Shown piece after piece: positions 57,782 to 64,000 of a stretch of DNA of 64,000 nt. How positions within the stretch are numbered: the first letter of the stretch is position 1; every line of letters starts with the position of its first letter. The notes below the pieces were generated by a model, which did not search any database, was not told where the DNA came from, and worked only from the letters and a program-made list of their open reading frames with translations. The position numbers and the translations under genes were made by a program. Origin of the DNA: Candidatus Heimdallarchaeota archaeon (GTDB lineage Archaea; Asgardarchaeota; Heimdallarchaeia; Heimdallarchaeales; Heimdallarchaeaceae); the NCBI GenBank assembly GCA_030603365.1, contig JAUVXV010000003.1, positions 64,001 to 128,000 on the forward strand. Direction: 5' to 3'.

Positions 57782-58414
57782 ATGATTAACAACAAAGTAA
57801 TCCTTCTATTAAGTGGGGGATTTGATAGTGGGCTTGCAGGTTACCTACTCGAAAAAGTAGGGTATTCAATTATCCCTCTTCATCTGTCAAATGTTGATTT
57901 CGCAGGGGAAGAATCTATAGAAAAAAGCATACAACTATCACGTAAGTTCAATTGGGATAAACTTTATGTCATTGATATCGCTGATGCCTTAGAATCTTTA
58001 GTTGACAAGTGTAAGCATTCATACTACTTTGTTCTTATGAAGCGATTTATGCTAAAACTCGCGAGTGCTGTAGCTAAAATAGATGAAGCACAATTTATTG
58101 CTACAGGAGAAAGCTTAGGTCAGGTTTCAAGTCAAACACTTGCTAATATCTCAGCTATTGAACAAGCTACAGAATTTCGTGTTCTGAAACCTTTGATTAC
58201 TTTTGATAAGGAAAAAATTGTCTCAATGACACGAGAAATTGAGACATTTGACATTTCTTCAGGACCAGAAGTTTGCGACCTCTTAGGACCAAAACATCCG
58301 GTAGTGAATGCAAGTCTAGGAAATACCTTAAATGAAGAGAAGAAAATACTAGATCTTGATTTAGTTACATCTTCCGTTAAGAAGTTACAGATTATAGATC
58401 TAGAGAAAATTTAA
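57782..58414 (+). CDS. ThiI-like PP-loop adenylation domain only (no THUMP)
   Basis: LLSGGFDS, TGESLGQVSSQT, PL..FDKE.I, PEVC. Confidence 0.8.
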   Translation: MINNKVILLLSGGFDSGLAGYLLEKVGYSIIPLHLSNVDFAGEESIEKSIQLSRKFNWDKLYVIDIADALESLVDKCKHSYYFVLMKRFMLKLASAVAKIDEAQFIATGESLGQVSSQTLANISAIEQATEFRVLKPLITFDKEKIVSMTREIETFDISSGPEVCDLLGPKHPVVNASLGNTLNEEKKILDLDLVTSSVKKLQIIDLEKI

Positions 58415-59319
58415 CTAAGTTTTACAGAGGTTTCAAGGATTCTTTCTGCAACTTCTTCATAGTTTTTTGAAGGTAAATCTTGTATTTTTTCATGCTCAAC
58501 CTTCTCAGCTGCTAAAGCCATGCCGTAAGCAATAGAAAAGCTAACATCTTTAGTCTTATTATATTTAGACAATAAAGCTGTCATAAGAACATCTCCAGCA
58601 CCTGTAGGATCTTTTTCCTTTCTTCTTGGAGCTGTAAGTCTATACACAGAACCTTTATCTGAATAAATTAGTCCTTTTTCTCCCATTGTAACTAATTGCA
58701 CATTATTTTTAGGAAAAAAATCCATTATTTCTTCTATCGTATTTTTACCTGAAAATTGTTTTATTTCATGAAGAGAGCACTTTACAAAATCAACTGTTTC
58801 TATCAACCAGTCAATTTCTTCTTTATCGTATTTCCAAATTATTTGGTTATTTTGATCTACAGATCTGATGAAACCCTGTATATCTAAACTAGTAACATCA
58901 TGATTTTCTTTAGCCCAAAGAACAGATGTTTTTGATATTTCACGGAAAACAGGAGAAAGTAGGCATGCTTTTGCTCCTTTTTGGGTCTGAATAAATTCAT
59001 CAAGATTTTCTGCCTGAGATAGCAATCTAAGAACCCTGTATTTGGGGAAAATATCATGATGGAATCGAGTTGTTGATTCACATATTAAAGTTTCAATTTC
59101 TAGATTTTGGATAGAGGAAAGATAATGAATGAAAGCTTCTGGGAAATCTTTTCCAATTGCAGTTAGAATTCTTGTTTTGGAATCTATAATTGGTACAACC
59201 ATGGTTGAATAAGCAGCAGGTCCTCCTAATTCAGAATAAGTCTCTTTATCAGGACCCATTGAATGGAATCTCTTGTCGTCCAGAACTAAATGACTTATTA
59301 TGTTAAGATCTGCTTTCAC
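58411..59319 (-). CDS. PfkB-family carbohydrate kinase
   Basis: LGGPAAY, DIQG..R, VTMGEKG, DPTGAGD. Confidence 0.9.
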   Translation of the reverse strand: MKADLNIISHLVLDDKRFHSMGPDKETYSELGGPAAYSTMVVPIIDSKTRILTAIGKDFPEAFIHYLSSIQNLEIETLICESTTRFHHDIFPKYRVLRLLSQAENLDEFIQTQKGAKACLLSPVFREISKTSVLWAKENHDVTSLDIQGFIRSVDQNNQIIWKYDKEEIDWLIETVDFVKCSLHEIKQFSGKNTIEEIMDFFPKNNVQLVTMGEKGLIYSDKGSVYRLTAPRRKEKDPTGAGDVLMTALLSKYNKTKDVSFSIAYGMALAAEKVEHEKIQDLPSKNYEEVAERILETSVKLS

Positions 59320-59410
59320 ATTTTCAAAAACTTAGGATTGTACTTAAAGTTTCTCACTTATCTTGGAAAATAGAAAAACATTTTTGAAGGAGGAAAAGGA
59401 ATATTTAGAC

Positions 59411-60889
59411 ATGACTACAGAAGAAAAGAAAGTAAGAGATTTCGGTTTAGTCTTTTACTTTTGGTTTTTACTTGTTTTAGCTGCATATGCATTTGGAGTC
59501 TTTTCAATTGTGCAGCTTGCAGATGCTAATCAAGGATTGGTTCAGTGGATAACAGAGAAATTTGGTGATGCTACGGCTATTCTTGGTGATTATATCTGGT
59601 GGGCTGTTGGTATAGCAGGTGTACTCTTCTTAATTGGAATCATCTTTGCTTATCTTCAAGTTTGGCTAATGAGCTACATTGGTGCTGAAATTGTAAATAC
59701 TGTTATTTTCGGTATCCCAGTAGTTTTAACTGGAGCTGGAATATACGCTTTTATCGCTTTCGAGGAAGTGTGGATTGGAATTGTTCTAATTGCTCCTGCA
59801 GCATTCTTACTAATAATTGCTATACTTGTAGGTAAACGAGTGGTTCTAGGATCAAAAATCTTTGAAATGAGTAACGAAGCAGTAAATGAAGAGAAAGAAA
59901 CACTTTTACCAGTGCTATTTTTTTCATTTATGTCTATCATCACTATTGTTACTGGTGTATCTTCAGCTGCTTATGCAGGTGCTAATATTGATAAATATAT
60001 TACCTCCAACTGGCTAGAATATCTAGTGTTTTTCATTCTTATCTATGTCTACCTAGTAATTCATTGGACCATGCTCTACTTTGCTGATGCAATCAATATC
60101 TGTATATTCAAAAGATGGAACAACTACAAAGAATCTTCTATTAAATATGCTATGAAAGATGTTTGGAAAATTAAAGGTAGTATTGTTATGTTTGGAATGT
60201 TTATGGCTTTCTTTGATGCAATTATAAAAACAATACAATTCTTTGCAAATAGAAAATTCTACAAGAACTGGAAAAATAACAAAGTATGGTCAACAACTAT
60301 GAAAGTTTTGAAAATTATCTTTTTCATTTTCATCTTTATACTAAAAGGATTGTTCAAGATATTGAAGTTCTTGAACTATTATACATTGACCATTATAGTT
60401 GTTGAGAAACAAGGTTTTATTAGAAGCATGATGAGATCTGCTGATTTATCATTAGATTCAGCTGCTGACATAATTGTTGGAAAAACTGGAGTAAATATAG
60501 CTAAAGGATTATTCACAATAATGACATTTGGAGTATTTTCAGCAGGAGGATTTTTCCTAGGCTATTACTGGTTAGCAGGTTGGATTGGAATTACAGCTGG
60601 TTCATATGCAGGTCTTAGCTATACAATTTGGTTCTCTTTAGCTGTAGCAGCTGCATTCTTCTTCTTTGGATATCTTCCAACTACAGCAATTCTTAGACCA
60701 ATATCAACAGCTTATAAGACAATCCTCTTCTTCTACATAGCAGATCCATTTAGAGGACATCCGGGTAGAAGAACAAGAATAACAGGTGACATTCAAGAAA
60801 GTCTTGATAAGATTAAGGACGATGTAATGGAAACCTATGATAAAGAAGAGCGTCCAACTTGGAACAAACCAGAAGAAGCAAAAGTATAG
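59411..60889 (+). CDS. Multi-pass membrane protein, choline-transporter-like (CTL/SLC44/Pns1) family candidate
   Basis: About 10 TMs; GSIVMFG, LKFLNYY.L..I......F..S, TAYKTILFFY.AD; start at 59411 or 59363. Confidence 0.6.
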   Translation: MTTEEKKVRDFGLVFYFWFLLVLAAYAFGVFSIVQLADANQGLVQWITEKFGDATAILGDYIWWAVGIAGVLFLIGIIFAYLQVWLMSYIGAEIVNTVIFGIPVVLTGAGIYAFIAFEEVWIGIVLIAPAAFLLIIAILVGKRVVLGSKIFEMSNEAVNEEKETLLPVLFFSFMSIITIVTGVSSAAYAGANIDKYITSNWLEYLVFFILIYVYLVIHWTMLYFADAINICIFKRWNNYKESSIKYAMKDVWKIKGSIVMFGMFMAFFDAIIKTIQFFANRKFYKNWKNNKVWSTTMKVLKIIFFIFIFILKGLFKILKFLNYYTLTIIVVEKQGFIRSMMRSADLSLDSAADIIVGKTGVNIAKGLFTIMTFGVFSAGGFFLGYYWLAGWIGITAGSYAGLSYTIWFSLAVAAAFFFFGYLPTTAILRPISTAYKTILFFYIADPFRGHPGRRTRITGDIQESLDKIKDDVMETYDKEERPTWNKPEEAKV

Positions 60890-60975
60890 CTTCTCTAATC
60901 CTTTTTTTCTTTTTTCTTCTTTTCCTATAAGTAAATTTATTAATTGATGAAAGTATTTTCTTATTTGGAGATAAT

Positions 60976-62346
60976 ATGCGTTCACCTCGTCGAAGTATAA
61001 TCGGGAGTTATCGTTATAGTGTAGTCATAAAGCCTACAAAGGCAGAATATAGTGATTCTATGTCTGGAGTATTGGAACTTTATGACGGAAAACATGTTAT
61101 AGAGACTCATAAATTTGATACTTTTGATCAATTAGCTTCAACTATAATCAATTACTGGGAGAAAAAACTTGGTTCAGATGTTAATGTTCATAGATTTTCT
61201 AACTGGTTATCTGAATATTTCTCTGATATAGGAATAACTAACATTAATTTTTACCAGATGCTAGAAACAGTAATAGGTTTAGGTCAAGGAGTTGCTCTGC
61301 AATCTTCGGGAGTAGCAATTCGAGAGGCTAAAGTAATTCAAGAATACTTAGGGTCAACAGATGATGAGGTAGAAAAAGCGGTTAAACTACAAGCAGTAGG
61401 AACATTTGTGGATGTTCGTGGAGAAGGTATGGAACCTGTACCCGAGAAGTTGAGACCAGAAGAACCTCCAACAGATACTGTTCTCAAACCTAGCGAGATT
61501 TTCAAGACAGCTGAAACCATTTCTCCAGTTGTAACTCATTTACCAACTGTAAAGGAGGAAGAAAAAGAAAAACCAGCCCCACCAACAAATACTTTACTTA
61601 AACCTAGTGAAGTTTTGAAAGAAAGAGATTCGGTGGTTTTTGCTGAAGAACCTTCTAAAGCTCCTACTCAAGTTTCAGGTGATCCAGTTATTACGGCACC
61701 TACAGAAAAAACTACTCGAGATACTCCTCCTACCGATTCATTACTTAAGCCTAGTGAGTATCTCAAGAAAAGAGAAACCATTGAGGTCATATTTGAAATT
61801 GATATAAAACCTAGTACTATTCCAGAAGAAAAAAAAATTAAATCTGTGATAGGAGAATCAAAGACAATTTTAACACATCAAAAGCTGAAACCACCTTCAG
61901 AGATTTTGTTGAAACCAAGTGAATCGATTACAGAAATAGAAGAAAGATCACTAAAACCACCTATTAGAATAGATCCTGAAGTAAAGAAAATCCCCTCTCC
62001 CCCTTTATCTGAGAAAGTTGAATCTGATGAAGATGAAATCAAATCAGAAATAGATGAATCTGGAAAAGAAGTTATTGATTTTGAGATAGAAGTTAAAGCA
62101 GAAAAAGAACCTTTAGAGGTAACATTCAGAGAAATTAAAACCATTGATAAATTAAGGGTAACAGATATAATGGGTGTAGGTGATAAAATTGCAATGTTGC
62201 TTAAAGAAGGGGGATTTGATAGTATCCAAAAAATAATGGAAACTACACCTGAAAAACTTAGCAAACTTAGAGGTATTGGAGTAACTACTGCAAAGAAATT
62301 AATTTACGGAGCGAAAGCTTTGGTGAAAAGGGAAGTAGAAGAATAA
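60976..62346 (+). CDS. Protein with repetitive acidic/Pro-rich linker and C-terminal helix-hairpin-helix domain
   Basis: IMGVGDKIA..L...G.....L..LRGIGVTTA..L; repeated LKPSE motifs. Confidence 0.7.
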   Translation: MRSPRRSIIGSYRYSVVIKPTKAEYSDSMSGVLELYDGKHVIETHKFDTFDQLASTIINYWEKKLGSDVNVHRFSNWLSEYFSDIGITNINFYQMLETVIGLGQGVALQSSGVAIREAKVIQEYLGSTDDEVEKAVKLQAVGTFVDVRGEGMEPVPEKLRPEEPPTDTVLKPSEIFKTAETISPVVTHLPTVKEEEKEKPAPPTNTLLKPSEVLKERDSVVFAEEPSKAPTQVSGDPVITAPTEKTTRDTPPTDSLLKPSEYLKKRETIEVIFEIDIKPSTIPEEKKIKSVIGESKTILTHQKLKPPSEILLKPSESITEIEERSLKPPIRIDPEVKKIPSPPLSEKVESDEDEIKSEIDESGKEVIDFEIEVKAEKEPLEVTFREIKTIDKLRVTDIMGVGDKIAMLLKEGGFDSIQKIMETTPEKLSKLRGIGVTTAKKLIYGAKALVKREVEE

Positions 62347-62435
62347 TTGCTATTTCCCATTTTTTTATTATCAAATCTTTCTATTTTTCAAGGAAAATGT
62401 TATTTATGGTATAAAGAACTGCTATTTGTAGATTA

Positions 62436-62966
62436 ATGAGCTTACCTTACATTATTCAAGTAATTGGATATTCGCAATCTGGAAAAACAACTTTGATTAC
62501 AGAATTAGTTAAGTTGCTTAAGAAAGAAAATATTTCATCTTTAACAATAAAATCTGCAAGATCTCATCCTTATGAATATTCTACCAAAGATTCAGATAAA
62601 TTCTTAGAATCTGGAGCCCAAACCTCTGTGGTAATCTTCAGTAATGTTACTCAAATATCATCTAATCAACAATTGAATGTTGAAGTTGTCATAGAAGCAT
62701 CTGAAAAGTTATCAGATTTCGATATTGTTCTTATTGAAGGTTTTAAAGAATTGAAATATCCTAAAATACTTGTTTTTAGCGAAAAAATTCCTGACACAAC
62801 TGAAATAGATTTTATGACCATTAGATATTTATATTCACCAGAAGAAAAGGAATTTGATAAATCTACAATAGTAAATGATTTGATAAAACAAAGTAATGTG
62901 TTTTTAGCTTTCAGTATAGAAGAATTAACTTCCAAGATCATTTTCGATTTGGAGAGTAGAGGATAA
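62436..62966 (+). CDS. mobB: Molybdopterin-guanine dinucleotide biosynthesis protein B
   Basis: GYSQSGKTT, IK, KDS.KF..SGA, DIVLIEGFK...PKI. Confidence 0.85.
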   Translation: MSLPYIIQVIGYSQSGKTTLITELVKLLKKENISSLTIKSARSHPYEYSTKDSDKFLESGAQTSVVIFSNVTQISSNQQLNVEVVIEASEKLSDFDIVLIEGFKELKYPKILVFSEKIPDTTEIDFMTIRYLYSPEEKEFDKSTIVNDLIKQSNVFLAFSIEELTSKIIFDLESRG

Positions 62967-62969
62967 TCT

Positions 62970-64000
62970 ATGCACAATTCAATTCGTAATCTCCTAGAAG
63001 AAGTTGGTAGGAATACATCTAAGCATAAAAAGGCAGAAGAACACATAACAGGTTTAATCTGTGGTTTTAATAAGGAGCATCAGGATAAGGAAACATTCCT
63101 TACATATCAAATGCGTTTTATTAGAAAATACGTTAAAGAATTAATAGTTTCACTTCCAAAGAATTATGAAATACAAGACTTAAGTTTAAAGAATGAGATT
63201 AAGGATTCCAATGTAAAAATTGTTGAAAGAGAAGAAAAAGAGACTCCTTACTCATCCTCAGCATTTGATTGTCTTGTTCAGAAGAGTTTAAACAATCGAA
63301 TACTATTTTTGCCATTTGATTTCGAAATTTCAAACATTAAGATTGAAAATCTTATTTCTCAAAATTATCCTCTTATCACATATCTAGGTGTACTTGGGAA
63401 TTTTTTCCCTTATTTAGGTGCCATAGACAAATGGAATAATCGTTTTAATTTACAGTTGATTCGTTTCTGCAAAAAAGAAAACCTTGATGATTTCTATAGA
63501 ATTAGTTCAAATGTAACATTTTTCAAACTTATCAAGCAAGATAAAATATTAAGAAAAAGCTTAGTTTCGAATGACTTGTTGAGTACACTAAGGAGCCAAG
63601 AGATAGATTCTTTCTTTCCTTTTAAAATTCAATATCCTCTTGATGAACAAGCGATGGTTAAACTAATAGCCTTGATGCATATTCTACAGAAAGAAATTAC
63701 TGAAAAACAAGAAATATCTTCTTCATTTAAAGTTCAACAATTACTTACTTTGAGTCATCGTTTTGCTAGTTTTGGACATAATTTTCTAGCTTACCAGGCT
63801 TTTCTGTTTCTGATAAAAAGATCAGAATATAATATTAAATTTCCATTAGACTGGTCTATGGAAAAGGTGCTTGAACAATCAAGAAGGTTACTTCTTGAGG
63901 AATCAAGAATATTTGCTGAAAGGGGATTAGAACGATTAAGATTTATATGTTTAAATGATTTAATTTCTTTGGATTTAGTGAAAAATCAGGACAGGGAGTG
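62970..64000 (+). CDS. Hypothetical protein, runs off the window (possibly a degenerate MobA-like fold)
   Basis: ATG at 62970 and frame open to the window end; ILFLPFD resembles the MobA 'vlpcD' strand; adjacent to mobB. Confidence 0.55.
   Translation, partial: MHNSIRNLLEEVGRNTSKHKKAEEHITGLICGFNKEHQDKETFLTYQMRFIRKYVKELIVSLPKNYEIQDLSLKNEIKDSNVKIVEREEKETPYSSSAFDCLVQKSLNNRILFLPFDFEISNIKIENLISQNYPLITYLGVLGNFFPYLGAIDKWNNRFNLQLIRFCKKENLDDFYRISSNVTFFKLIKQDKILRKSLVSNDLLSTLRSQEIDSFFPFKIQYPLDEQAMVKLIALMHILQKEITEKQEISSSFKVQQLLTLSHRFASFGHNFLAYQAFLFLIKRSEYNIKFPLDWSMEKVLEQSRRLLLEESRIFAERGLERLRFICLNDLISLDLVKNQDRE

Noticed and set aside
1737-63046. Many short antisense or nested ORFs (e.g. 1737, 2172, 6206, 13507, 15329, 23517, 43686, 51078, 54842, 61878, 62666)
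   Set aside because: Lie largely within well-supported genes and show no motifs; shadow ORFs.
1-64000. CRISPR arrays, rRNA genes, IS elements
   Set aside because: No regularly spaced repeats, rRNA-like tracts or transposase ORFs seen.

Overview
AT-rich, gene-dense archaeal chromosomal window with no rRNA, CRISPR array, transposase or integrase seen. Alba, NucS, tRNA-intron endonuclease, RIO kinase, an A24 peptidase and A1-U72 tRNA-Gln genes indicate an archaeon. Five small GTPases (Rab/Ras-, Rag- and Arf/Sar-like) with roadblock, longin and gelsolin-like partners point to an Asgard archaeon (inference). Highlights: (1) At 28-41.7 kb, a Rab-like GTPase, two ~1600-aa single-pass Ig-repeat surface proteins and a convergent RagA-like/RagC-like pair. 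The cytoplasmic tails of the giant proteins look like folliculin/SMCR8-type uDENN-longin domains with the 'ARG' arginine-finger loop, suggesting a receptor-coupled GAP/Rag signalling system. (2) A P2A-scaffold P-type ATPase whose TM4 reads PISIP (flippase-like) and which has lost most Ca2+ ligands. (3) A chimeric GlnRS (archaeal GluRS-type N-domain plus bacterial-type core) next to both tRNA-Gln genes, and a third tRNA-Gln-like gene with a collapsed anticodon loop. (4) A Sar1-like GTPase / degenerate GTPase / longin-gelsolin operon. (5) A KaiC gene followed by a KaiB-like thioredoxin, a CTL/SLC44-like transporter and a tandem arylsulfotransferase duplication. Family assignments rest on motif recognition from memory; no searches were run.
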